Source: Elsinoe ampelina (taxonomy: Eukaryota). From it: DNA of 64,000 bases. The notes below the pieces were generated by a model. That model made no database searches and was not told the origin of the DNA. It saw only the letters and a list, made by a program, of their open reading frames with translations. The stretch is taken from positions 1,449,147 through 1,513,146 of the forward strand of contig ML992507.1 of assembly GCA_010093995.1 (NCBI GenBank), given 5' to 3'. Both the position numbers and the translations under genes were made by a program. Shown here piece by piece: positions 1-12,531 of this stretch (position 1 is the stretch's first letter; each line of letters begins with the position of its first letter).

Positions 1-1482
1 TAATAGTTTCTTATAGTAAGAGAGATCTTTTCCTTTTACTAGTTAGAGGTTATATATTAAATAGTATAATAAGGAAGTTAATATCCTTATTCTATATATA
101 TATTAGTAGTTAATTAATATCAACTATAGGATTAAAGGTTAAGTGTAGTTTACTAATAACTTTAGGTAGTAGTATTATAAGGTCTTTACCTTTATAATTA
201 GTAATATTAAGTTGCTTCCTCTATTTATTAATAGGTTAAGAATCTAGTTCCGGATGTTAGTATTACTCCCTCTATTCTTTAATAGGGGTAGATAATTATT
301 ATTTATATCTAGAGATTAAAGGGTAGTTAGATGTTAGTTGTTTAGCTTAAGGTTATTTAGCCTAAGTAGTTTACTAATTCTTATAACTAAAGGGTAGTTA
401 ATTATAGCTATAGCCTTAATTATAATTACTACTAAATGTCTACTCTCCCTAAAGCTATAAAGCCTTAGGTTGTTATACCTATAGGATATATAGCTATTTA
501 ATAACTTATATTACCTAGTCTTTATAGATTATATTCTTATTAAATATTATATAGAGTAATATAATAATCTTTCTCTTCTAGGCTTACTAAGTATAATACT
601 AATAGAGTATCTAGATAAGGTAATTAGTTATTAAGTTATTCTATATACTAATATACTAACTAAGTAGTGCTCTAGCTTAGAATTTATATAATTTAGAAAC
701 ATGTTAGTTATAGATATAAGCTCTATAGCTAAAGTATCTAATATAAGTTAATAAGACTAGCCTATTATTATTAAGAAGATTCTTTCTTAGCTCTTATATA
801 GGGATCTTCTTAGTTTTAGTATAGGTAATCCTATTACTAATATAGATTATAAACTCTATAACTATATACTAGAGTTTAAGGGGTGCTCTATAATTAATAA
901 AGATATACCTTGTTCTAAGAATAACTACTTTGTTAGTAGCCTTAGATTTACTATTTTAGTATTAAGTATTAGGTATAGAGATATTCTATCTCTACCCTTT
1001 AAGATAAATAGCTATTACTAGTTTATAGTTCTTAAATTTACCTCCTCTATTAGAGATAAAGATAAATAAAAGCTTATTATAGGCTATTTTATTCCTTATA
1101 TAGATAAGTTTAATTACTACTAGTATATTACTCTTAAGAAAGAGAATAGTAACAAACTTATACTTACTCTTACTATATATTATAAAGAGAAGGTATTTAT
1201 AGCTCTTACTTAACTATAGTTTAATAGGACTAATAAGGTCTAGATAGAGCTTATCTAGTAAGTACTTTAGTATATCCCTTAGTTCTCTTAATACTACTCT
1301 CTATATCTTTAATATAGTATATAGTTTATAGTAGCTAAGATCTAATATTTAAAGTTCTTCTAATCTAATAGCTTAACTTTTAGTAAGGAAGAGAATAGTA
1401 TTACTAACATAGCCTAACCTCTAGTACTATCTTTCTAATGTTAGCTTTTAAGTAGTTATAATAGCTAGATTTACTCTTATAG

Positions 1483-1680
1483 TATAAGGACTAACGTAGT
1501 AAGTACGCTACGCTAGCTTACTCTAGAGATACTATTCTCCGTAGGAGAATAAAACACTTCTCGCCTATAGAATAGATAGAGTAGAGATTAGTCTTACAAC
1601 AATCGAGGGTATACTAGTATAACACCTATTCTACTCCTATATACTTGTCTTTCTAGCTCTAATATTCTACCTTCGTTATA
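1483..1680 (+). repeat. 5' LTR of gypsy element
   Basis: tataaggact...cgttata (RIP'd TG...CA). Aligns without gaps to 8577-8774 with about 18 differences, all transitions by manual alignment. Confidence 0.95.
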
Positions 1681-1729
1681 ATTCTAATCTCTCTTATATC
1701 CTATTAGATAGAGCTATATAGATAAGATA

Positions 1730-4700
1730 GTACTCTATACTTAGCGCTAGCGAAACGACTAACTGCCGCTAGAGTAGCACTAGTATAGACAACTCTCTAA
1801 TAGCTTAGCTATTAGTAAGACATTTACCGAATTAGCTATAACTCTAGAGATAACTCTTATTAAAGATTACTAGGCTAGGGAAGAGCTAGCGCTAAGGCTA
1901 TACTACGCTAATATAGCTCCTATAGGAAGTATAGCCGACATAGGAAATAATGCTATATATAAAGCGCTTCGTACTTATATTACTTAGCTTAAGAATATAC
2001 TTAGTAGTTGCTCCCTAGTTGTAGCGCTAGTACTATATAGTTGTTTCGATAATATATAACCTAACGACATTTGCCTAATAAACCTATAAATCGTAAGAGA
2101 GTATATACTAAACTTATACTACCCCGAGGCCTTAGAGTCTACTATTATAGCAAGAGTTAAGGAATTTATATATATGTATAATAACGTCTTTAAGATAGCG
2201 CTAAACATCTACTTTAAAGAAGTTACTTAGTGCTATATAGCTACTAGCTACTTAAAAGGTTAGCTTAGCTATAATTAGAACTTGTATACTAAGAGTACTA
2301 GTGTTATACTCTTGTAGAGCCTAATATAGTTCTAGCTTTAGAACTAAGCCTAGAGTTCTAAAAACTATAGTAATAGCTACGTAGTAAAGTTCTTTACGTC
2401 GCGCTAGTATAGAGAATAGTTAATTACTAATTTCTATATATTTCTCAATAGTTACGAGTTCTATATTAAGATAGTACTACTCCTAGACGACACTTGCTAT
2501 ATATAGCTTATTACCTATACTATACTAGAGCTACGCTCGGAAGTACTCCGTTAGAGAAACCTACTCCTAATTAAGGTAGAACTTCTAGTATATCTATTCT
2601 ATTTAGAGTAGAACCTACTAGGCTACTTTAACCCTATATAGAGGTAGTATAAGTATAACGCTAGAGAGAAGACTAATACTTTCGCTAAAAGGCCTTACTA
2701 TAATAAAGACTATAAGGGCTAAAAGGACTAGTAGAGTAGCGCTAACGCTACCCCTATAGCTCCCTAACCTAGCGCTACTTACCTTTATAACATCTATAAG
2801 AGCCTAGACTATTAGGCGCTAAACTGTCCCTAGAAAGACTCTTTAAAACGGATAGTGTCCTTATATTTGCTAATTCTAAGTAGCCCTAGCGTAATATAGA
2901 ATATATACTAAATTCGTACTAATATTATAGTTAACCTACCTAAAGGCCCTATCGAAGGGGTAGCTCTAATAGATAGTAGCGCCAATAGTAACTTTATTAG
3001 CTAGTATTTTACTATACGCTATTATATCGCCGTCGACCCCCTAATAGTATACTAAGTACGTAGCTTAGACAAATACGAATTAACTACCTATAGATATACC
3101 GAGTTAGTCTTTACTATTAAGGATAGTAAAGAAATAATATAGGCGTTGCGCTAGTAGTTTAAAAGTGTTAATATAACTAGTTATAATCTTATATTAGGCC
3201 TACTATAGCTATTGTCCTATAACTCCGAGATTTAGTAGAGTACTAGTATATAGAGGCATTATACTAGCGCTATATAGGTATTAATTCTAGATGTACTCTC
3301 CTTCTCCTAGGAGCTAAATTAGTCTAACGCCTAGCTCTACCTAGTATATATATACTAGGACAAACCTAGCGCCCTAACTCTACTATACTAGCTTAATAAC
3401 TACGTAGATGTTTTTAATAAGAGTATAGCGATAGCGCTACTAAGTAATAATTTTACTTACTCTATTAATATTAAAGAGAGAGAATAGCTACTCTAGGGAC
3501 CTATCTACCCCCTTAGTAAGAAGAAGCTTTAGGTACTTCGAGAGTATATAGATAATAGCTTAGTAACGAGTTAACTCTAGTATAGCACTAGCTCTATAGA
3601 GTCTTCTATCCTATTCGTTTCTAAGAAGAATAGTTCGCTACGCCTATATATTAACTATTATAGGCTAAACAATGTTACTATTAAGAACTATTACCTCTTA
3701 CCCCTAATTGCCGAGATACTTAATTATATTAAGGGCGTATACTTATTTAGTAAGCTAGACCTTATAGATGCCTACTACTAGGTATATATCTAGTATAGCA
3801 ATAAATAGAAGATAGTATTCCGCTATTACTATAGCTACTTCGAATATACTATTATACCTTTTAGCCTTACTAATGCTCTAGCTATGTTTTAGACTTATAT
3901 ATATTAGTACTTAAGTAGCTTAGTAGACTACTACTATATTATATACCTAGATAATATTCTAATCTACACTAGCGATAAGTAAGAGTATTACTAGGCTATT
4001 AGAAGCGTACTAGACTACCTATATAAGAATAGCCTCTATATAAAACTAAAGAAGTATATCTTCGAGGTAATATAGGTAGTATTTCTAGGCTACGTTATTA
4101 GTAGCAATAGCGTTATAATAGAGTAGCTCTAGGTGTAAGCTATTACTAACTAGCCTACCTCTACTAGCCTTAAGGAGTTATAAACCTTTCTTAGATTTAC
4201 TAATTTCTACTATTAATTTATTAAGGGCTTCTTCTATATAGCGCTACTACTAACTATACTTACGTAAGAGTTAGTCTAAGGAAAGTAAGTAGGCCTATTT
4301 CTATAGAGTAATAACGTAGCGTAGGCCTTTAATAGGCTTAAAGCTACCTTTACGTAAGTGTCTATACTATACTACTTTTTATTAGGTAAGCCTCTCTAGC
4401 TCGAGACTAACACTTTAGATTTTATACTTTCCGGAGTAATCTCCTAGTAAAATAAAGATAATACTCCTACGTAATACTAGTACTCTATAGCGTTCTAGTC
4501 CTAGAAGCTATAAGGTGTAGAACTAAACTACACTACCTACGATAAAGAGCTTCTTACTATTATAGAAGTAGTATAGTACTAGCGCTAGTACCTACTTAGT
4601 ACTACTACCTCGATTAAAGTCCTCTCTAACTATAATAACCTTAGGTATTTCCTAACTACTAAGAAGCTTTTATAGCGCTAGGCCTACTACGCTAAGGTAC

Positions 4701-6856
4701 TAGCGTAGTTTAATATTGTTATTTAGTACTATAGTAGAAAGACTAACCTAGCTAATAGTCTATCGCATAGGCCTAACTACTATAAGCATAAAGAAGATAT
4801 ATAGGAAGAGTACTATACGTTAGTCCCTCTCTTAGAGTAAGTATTATAAACGTAAAGTAAAGGAGTTACACCTATATCTATTATAGATAAGGAACCTAAG
4901 GCTAGTAGGGCCTAGGAAGACAGTAATAAAGCTAGTATAGCTTATATGCCTTAAACTACTCCCTAATATAACGCGCTTATATAATTCTAGCGTGCCTCTA
5001 GAATAGCGCCTATAAGTCTACCTATTACCTTAGGAGCGCTATAGCTATACTAAGAAGAGTTAGAGCCTCTAGAGTAAGAAGAGTAGTGCCTAGAGAGCAC
5101 TTATATAAATCTTTCTCTAAGCCTAACTAGTAATATTAAATTAGGACAATATATATCTACTCTAGTATCCTAGGACGTGCCGCTACTTACCTAGGAAATA
5201 ATAGAGAGCTAAGGGCATAAAGATAGTATAACGCCTACGTAACTCTAGAATACCTCTAGTAGAAAGCCCGCTATAATTTTAGACTAGAGTTAGTAGATTA
5301 TACACCTCTACGCTATGTAAGTACTAGTAGATAAGACTATATATACTTCTTCTACTCCTATATTACTTCGGGACCTTATCTATATAGTATAGTAAAGAGA
5401 TACCTTTACTTATAGCAAGAAATAGAAACTTCTAAAAGAGAGAACCTTAACTAGTAATAGTACTACCTCTAAGTAGAGCCTATCTAGTAATAGCTTACTC
5501 CGGAATAGAGATAGAGTATATATCCTAGAAGAAACTACCTTAAGAGTAGAGCTTATATAGCGTAATTATAATAACCTCTTAGGGAGTTACTTTAGCTATA
5601 CTAAGACCTACCTTAATATAAGAAGGAAGTACTAGTAGCTAGATATGTCCGTCGCTACGAAAGTGTATATTAAGCGCTATAATAGCTACTAAAGGCATAA
5701 GGTAACGCGGTATAAGTCTTATAGCCTCCTATAACTCTTACTAATTCTACCTATACTTAAGGCCTTATAACACTAGTTGCTTAATTTTATTACTAGCTTA
5801 CCCCTAGTAAAGCTCTAGCCTAGCGTTATTATAGACATAATTATCATATATATCTATCGCTTATCTAAGTTTAGTATCTATATACTAACGTTAACTAAGC
5901 TTAATACTAGAGACTTTACTAATCTATTTAAAATAGATATTATAACGTTATTTAGAACGCTAAAGACACAAGTCTTAGATAGAGAGTCTATCTTTATAAG
6001 CAAATTCTAGAGTGCGCTATACTAGTGCTAGAAGGCGTAATATAAGCTTAGTACTAGTTTCTATCTATAGATAGATAGCTAAACTAAAAGGCAAAACTAG
6101 ACGCTAGAGTAGTACCTATACTACTTTATTAACTATTACTAGATAGACTAGCTATACTAGGTTAAGTAGGCGCAATTCGTGTATAATAATACATATTAAG
6201 CGTTACTATATACTACGCTAGCGTAGTTCTTATTTATGTAGGAGATATGCCTACTTAATAATATTAAGGCGCTAGCGCTACCTAGCTACGCGCTAGCGTA
6301 TAACTCGTTAGTTAATAACTAAGTATAATCTATTACCGAAACGTATATAGAGCTTACCTAACACCTATATAAAGCATAGAAAGACTAAGTACTAGCTTAT
6401 AATAGAGGTCAATAAGTAAAAGTCTTCTATAATAGTAACAAGGTTATACTTAGCACTAAGAACCTTTATAGCGCTAGACCTAGCTATAAGCTATTAGCTA
6501 AGTATATTAGCCCGTTTATAATTATATAATAAATTAGTATATAGGTGTATAAGCTACACTTACTAGACAAAATAAAGCTAATCTATAACGTCTTTAACGT
6601 TACGCTACTAGAGCTATATAGGTATAGTAAGAGCGTACGCCTACTACCCCTAGAGGTAAAAGAGTAGGAAGAATACATTATTAAATATATCCTTAATAAG
6701 AGCTATACTAGTACTCTAAAGGCGCTATACTACCTAGTAAAGTAGTAGAGTTACTCTATAGAAGAAAGTATATAGGAGCTAGCAAAAAACCTTATAAACG
6801 CTAAGGAATTACTATATAAATACGAGGTAGCTTAGCGTAAGTATAGCGCTAGCTAA
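1730..6856 (+). pseudogene. gag-pol of the chromovirus (many RIP stops); boundaries approximate
   Basis: Knuckle 'YNIYKSLDY*ALNC' = CX2CX4HX4C ~2785-2830; protease 'ALIDSSA' ~2963; RT 'YLDNILIY' ~3944; RNase H 'ETNTLD' = ETDASD ~4403; integrase HHCC region ~5565-5700; chromodomain 'EEYII...YLVK**SY..EESI*EL..NL' ~6670-6810. Confidence 0.9.
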
Positions 6857-7033
6857 ACACTCTAGATACACTTAGGATTAATAAGTTAAAGGTATAAATT
6901 TTAAAGTAAAAAGTACTTAGGCGTAGCGCTAGGTTAGCTCGGAGTATTATTAGCTTATATAGGAAGAACGCTAGCGTAGTAAAAACTATAGAATTATACT
7001 AAAGTAAAGGGGGTATAGCGTAGATATAGTACC

Positions 7034-7919
7034 CTAGCTCTCCCTGCCTTAACTATCTATATTATCTACCTTAGTCTTATCCTTATTATCCTCCTTAACA
7101 CTATTAATACGCCTAGTTAGCGCTCTTATAGTATTATTAATCGCCTACGTAGTAGTAGCTTACTTGTTCTTAGTAACTATCTATAAGAAAGTTAGCGTAG
7201 CTTAGGCGTTATAGGGGCGCACTTCTAGACTTATATAACTAGCTAAAGCCTTAAGTATAAAGCTAGTATTACTAATTATACCTAGGCGTAGCGCCTTTAC
7301 TAGCTGCTTAGTGTCGACTTTAGAGGTAAAGAGCGTAGTAATAGCGCTATTATAGTGTAAAGAAGTTACACTATTACTATTACTCTTATTAACTACTTTA
7401 CTCTTGCCCTTAGCGTTAGACTTACTCTATATACGCTTAGTACTAGTCTTCTCGCGTATATAGTTAGTATAGGTAGTAATCTAGCGCTTTAGGAGAATAA
7501 CGTTCTTCTTAGGAGTAGTAGTATCGTTATAGAGTAGCGTATATATAGCAAAGTATTTGTCCTAGAGCCCCTTAGTAGTAGCTTAATCCTTAGAGTTAAG
7601 CTTAGTAGGCTACTAAGGTTAGTATAAAGTAGATATAGTATAGGTATAAAGTATACCTAGTAGTAGTATTTATTGCTATAACTATAACAATTATAGTAGG
7701 TAGTCTTAGCCTTAGTAATTTAGTAGAGAAGATTCTTAATAGAAAGTATACTATCTTTAAGCTAGAGGTGCTTATTAATAGTAATAGCGTAGCGTAAGTA
7801 TAGTATAGAGTACTAGTTCTAGTCGGTAAAATCGCTCTTATAAGGTCTATAAAAGGTTAGCGCTAGCGTAGCGTAAGTACTATATATAATACTTACTCCT
7901 TAGGAATTTTAGAGGCTAT
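7034..7919 (-). pseudogene. RIP-mutated antisense accessory gene inside the chromovirus; 3 exons, ~260 aa, Cys-rich (Zn2Cys6-like) N-terminus
   Basis: Exons 7919-7897, 7846-7657 and 7609-~7034. Intron 7896-7847 is gtaagt..gctaac..tag; intron 7656-7610 is gtatac..actaac..tag. Splicing keeps the frame, and all internal stops are TAA/TAG (RIP-type). Confidence 0.7.
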
Positions 7920-8576
7920 AGTTATTAAAGTGTATAAGCGTATAGGAGGTAAGCTAGCGTAGAGCCGGGATAATAAAGGGAAAAAAATTTACTACGTAGG
8001 TACTATACTAGGTTAGTAAACGAATAACTAAATAGATAAGCCCGATAGCTAGATCTATAGTAGCGTAGGCTTAGTATATATACTAAGCCTCCCCTACTAG
8101 CCCTTAGGCTAGTAAGGCCTAGTCTATACTATATAGTATCTAAAATAGGTTACTAGTATAGTATTAGACCTACGTAAGTATAGAGCTAGTATTAAGTAGA
8201 ATACTTATATAAAGGAAGTATTATAAAGGAGAAAAGAAAGAGAAAAGGAGAAGAGAAAGATATATATCTAGCTCTAAGCTAAGACTAATCTAGAGAATAA
8301 TAGGTAGTAGTATATAATAATTAGTAGATTCTTATATATAAAGATAATAACGTAAGAGCGCTATATTCTATATATAAAGAATTATACTATTGTTACTATA
8401 TCTAGTATACGAAGAATAGTATAGACTACTATAGGTGTACTATATACGCGAAGAGTGTACTATACCTAAGAGGTACTAGTAAGATACTCTTTCCTAGTCT
8501 TCTCCTATACTAGGTTTTCTAGGTTTTATTAAGGCTCGTAGGCGTAAGAGTATATCTCTCAAAGGGGGAGAATAAT

Positions 8577-8774
8577 TGTAAGGACTAATATAGTAAGTAC
8601 GCTATACTAGCTTACCCTAGAGATACTATTCTCCGTAGAAGAATAAAATACTTCTTGCCTATAGAATAGATAGAGTAGAGATTAGTCTTATAACAATTAA
8701 GGGTATACTAGTATAACACCTGTTCTACTTCTATATACTTATCTTCCTAGCTCTAATATTCTATCTTTGTTATA
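8577..8774 (+). repeat. 3' LTR of gypsy element
   Basis: tgtaaggact...tgttata, preceded by the PPT and followed by the TSD TATAG. Confidence 0.95.
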
Positions 8775-10447
8775 TATAGCCTATAGCTTCTATAAGTTTA
8801 GCCTTATAGGTAATTCCTTATAGTTCTTAAGCTTATAGACTTTAAAGTTCTTAAGCTATTTAACTCTTTTAAAGTGTTTAATAAGGCTAACTTCCTTTCT
8901 ATCCTTTATTAAGGATTTACTAACTATAGAGATACTAAGTTCCTCTTTATTCTAAAGATTAGATATAAGAGTATTTAGTAATAATAGTAAGTATATATAA
9001 TTATAAAGCTTAATAATTAACTTCTTACCTTTGCTATTAGTTAGAGTAAGCCTAACTATACTAACTTCTATATTAAGTAGCTTCTTTATACTAATAGCTT
9101 ATTTAAATTTAAAAACACCTTTATATACCTTAATTATTAAGAACTATAACCTGTCTTTAATAAAGTACCTTAATACACTAGAGTTATAGATTGCTCTATT
9201 CTTACTATAGGTTAAGGATAATAATATAGATACTACTACTACTCTATAGACTAGTATAATAATATTAATATTAGTGTTAGAGTATTTATCTAATTTACCT
9301 ACCTTAGTAGGTTCTCTAGATTCTTTAATAGCTACTTAACCTCTAACTTTCCTAGTCTTTAACTTATTACTTTTACCTTTAGCCTTTATACCTTTATTAT
9401 TTAACTTGTCTTTGTTATTTCTTTTACTTTAACTCTTTAGTACTTTCTTAGGGTACTACTTAAAGTAATCTATATTAGAGTAGATATAATAAGTATACTA
9501 AGTATATTAATCCTTAATATAACTAGCTACTCTATAAATAGAGTTTAGATTAGTTTTTCTATTATATAGGAGCTTCTATATTCTAAGAGAGTCTATTATC
9601 TCTTTAAAACTCTTCTTATAGTTAAGGCTAGATCTTTAGCTCCTTAACTATTTAGTAGTCTTTATTCCTATAATAAACATAGTCTTAATATAGTATAGAG
9701 AGAGCCTAAACTTATCTAGTTTAGTACTAATAGTACTTACTCTTTGCTCTATAGTAATAGTATATTAATAATAGTACTTTATAAAATCTTTATAGTACCT
9801 TTAGGTATTATAACTTGTTATAATTACCTTATTAAGGTTATAGATAGCTATATATAGCTTATATAAAATAACAGGTTTAAATATAGCTTTAATAGTGTCT
9901 AGAAGTTTCTTTAAAGTCTTCTAAGTTATACTATAATAAGGTCTAATAGATTTATAAATCCTTATTATAATAATACTATAAGTAATTTAGTTATTCTTAT
10001 ACTAGGTCTTATTCCTAACCTTATAGACTACCTTAGTGCCTTTACTAGTATCTAGGGCTAGTTCTTTAGGCTTTATAACTACTAGTATCTAGTCGATGTT
10101 ATAAATTATATATCTAAGTATATCCTTTTTAAGGAGAGCTACTTTAAGAGTTAATCTCTAAGTATTATAGTTACTTCCTCTCTTAAGAATCTAAGTCTTA
10201 AGTATTTTTACTAATCTAGATATAATAATAGTAATTAGCTAAAGGCCTATTAATTTAATTAATGTAATTAGCTTATTTAGGCTATTTAAGCTATTTAATT
10301 AAAGGGTTAATATAGACTACTATAAGTGTTTATCTTAATATAGCTAGTCTAGAATTTAGTATAGGCAGCTTAGTAATCCTTTTAATAATGACATGCTTAA
10401 TTTGCTATAGCTTTAAGTGCTTTTATAGAAGCGCTAGGCTTATAACC

Positions 10448-10589
10448 TGTTATAACTAGCAAACTAGATCGAGAGATGTGTATTTTATTTAGAGAGTTAT
10501 AATAACCAATTTATCTACTGTGCGTGCGCTGACTTATCAGTGCCAGTTCTTTAGTACCAGAGAAGCTGTACTAGCCTTCTATTACAACA
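10448..10589 (-). repeat. 5' LTR of the copia element (~142 bp)
   Basis: Bounded by TGTTATAA...TTACAACA (8-bp terminal inverted repeat with one RIP-type mismatch). Abuts a copia-type PBS: minus strand reads ...aca ggttataagcctagcgc. Confidence 0.7.
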
Positions 10590-10596
10590 GAAAAGG

Positions 10597-10628
10597 GCTA
10601 GTGGAGCTAGTGGAGCTAGTGGAGCTAG
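10597..10628 (+). repeat. Short tandem repeat (gctagtgga) x ~3.5 next to the copia LTR
   Basis: gctagtggagctagtggagctagtggagctag seen directly. Confidence 0.8.
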
Positions 10629-10898
10629 GGACAAGCAGAAGATAGCTTTATAGCGCTCCCTTTGTCTAAGAGTCCTCAAGCGTCATCTCCGGCTCTGACA
10701 CATTTTGCATAGAGTTCGAAGAGCCCGTCGAGAGCACCTGATGAAGCGCCACACTTTGCTGCATATAGATTGGAAGTGGATCAATGTTCAACGTTCCCGG
10801 AAGTATCAAACTGAACCTTTGCGTGCTTAGTCATGCAGACCACAACCTCAACTGACCATGCAGCACACTCGACCTCTCCTTCAACCTGAAACCATAGC

Positions 10899-12322
10899 AT
10901 GCTTCGTTATTTATGGCTTCGATCCCGACTCCTCTCCTTGAACAGCTCGAATGTCTGCCGTAACACTCGACTCTGGCGCAGGACCACCCACACACCCACA
11001 CATGGAGCTGGCGCGTCCAACAACTTCCAACGAATAGACGACAGCCTGCTTATTGAGGAAGAAACGTTACCAGAGTACCGCTCGAAAGACTACTTCCCAG
11101 TCACTATTGGACAAGTATTCAACGACCGCTACCGTGTTGCTGCGAAGCTCGGATATGGGACCGCATCTACGGTATGGCTGTGTAAGGATCAATACACTCA
11201 CCAATACGTCGCCTTGAAAATCTATATCAACTGCTCCAAGTTCCAGCGCGAATTGCCAATCTATCAGCACATCAACAGCATCTCATCCAATCATTCAGGT
11301 CGTGATCGTGTTCGCGCGCTGCTTGATTCGTTCGACGTCAAGGGCCCTCACGGTACGCACGTATGTCTCGTTCACTAACCAATGGGTATGAGTCTTAAAG
11401 AGATGCGAGGCTTGATCGATGCCAAAGTGATAGATGACTACATCTTGAGATGGGTATTTCGTGCTGTTGGCTCCGGGATGAAGTATCTCCATGAGGACGC
11501 GGGGATCATACATACCGGTCAGTTGCACGCCAATAATGTCGTCCTTCACACTGATACTTTTCATCAGACCTTCAGCCAAACAACATACTGTTAGGCATGC
11601 ACGACGCGGCAATCCTTGCGGACGTGGCGCGTGAAGAGCGCGAGAACCCATCTCCTCGCAAGGTGTTCGACGATCACGTAGTCTATCTCTCCCGCCTTCT
11701 GAGGATCACTCACGGGACCCCATGTATTAGCGATTTGAGCGAGGCACGGTTTGCGAACGTTAGTAATACCGAGCTTGTCATGCCTAATGTCTATCGTGCG
11801 CCAGAAGTTATCCTTGGAATGCCGTGGTCTTATCCAATTGATATATGGAGTTTCGGGATGTCGGTGAGTCGTGTCGTCGGAAGAATGAAATAAGTCAATT
11901 GACACGTGGTAGCTCTGGGATCTATTTGAACCACAACGACTGTTCGGCAAAGCAGCGTTCAACGGAAAGTACTCGGAGGAGCATCATCTAGCACAGATGG
12001 TGGCCGTTCTGGGTCCACCACCAATGGACTTCTTGGAACGATCTGATGAGTCCATGCGCTTCTGGGATTCAGATGGTGAGTATCAAGCGACGGCGAATAG
12101 CTATCCGCCAGCTTTCGTGTCGATTAACATGACGCAGGTAATTGGATAGGGAAAGTCGCAATCCCGCAGATGACACTTGATGGACTAGAGCAGCGCCTGG
12201 AGCATGAAGACAAGGCACGATTTTTAAGCTTAATGAGGAAACTGCTGAGGTGGAAACCCGAGGATCGACCGAGCTGGGAAGAACTGTCTCGAGACGAGTG
12301 GCTCATCGCGGACCTCATCTAA
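10899..12322 (+). pseudogene. SRPK-like (CMGC) Ser/Thr kinase with a premature TAA
   Basis: KLGYGTASTVWL, VALK, IIHT/DLQPNNILL, YRAPEV and IDIWSFG motifs; introns 11518-11567, 11864-11912, 12076-12137. In-frame TAA at 11376-11378 within GPHGTHVCLVH*PMGMSL. Confidence 0.85.
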
Positions 12323-12531
12323 GTCTGGTGACGTCGTCCTATTCGAATGAAATCAAGGATCGACAACGAATTCGTGACCGCATCGAGATACAAGCAGTGG
12401 ACGAAACGAAGTGGATGATCACGCTGCAAAGGCTGAGCCATGTCGGCTGCATCACATGCCACGATCGCCCTCACGAAAAGGACCAAGTATATATTGACAT
12501 CTTTACTCCTCTCACCTCATCGAACAACCAC

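Larger units (their letters stand above)
1483..8774 (+). mobile_element. Full-length RIP-inactivated Ty3/gypsy (chromovirus) LTR retrotransposon nested in the copia element
   Basis: Two 198-bp direct LTRs; identical 5-bp flanks TATAG (1478-1482 and 8775-8779); PPT aaagggggagaataat at 8561-8576; gag-PR-RT-RH-IN-chromodomain motifs in order. Confidence 0.95.
1..10589 (-). mobile_element. RIP-degraded Ty1/copia LTR retrotransposon, interrupted by the gypsy element at 1483-8774; RT/RNaseH and 3' LTR presumably lie left of the window
   Basis: Minus-strand motifs readable after reversing C>T/G>A: gag CCHC-like knuckle ~9450-9510; protease 'AIYNSSVLRYF' = AIYDSGASRHF ~9150-9195; pre-integrase 'LER*Y*RLGYV' = LERWHQRLGHV ~1405-1437; integrase 'PNT*Y*NSKSKATNK...APLKL*...SNR' ~830-975. 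PR followed directly by IN is the copia order. PBS-like GGTTATAAGCC directly follows the LTR. Very high TpA content. Confidence 0.85.

Noticed and set aside
11361..11391. Intron (gtatgt..cactaac..ag) that would remove the kinase stop codon
   Set aside because: Only ~31 nt, not a multiple of 3, and it would delete the conserved VCLVHxP motif.
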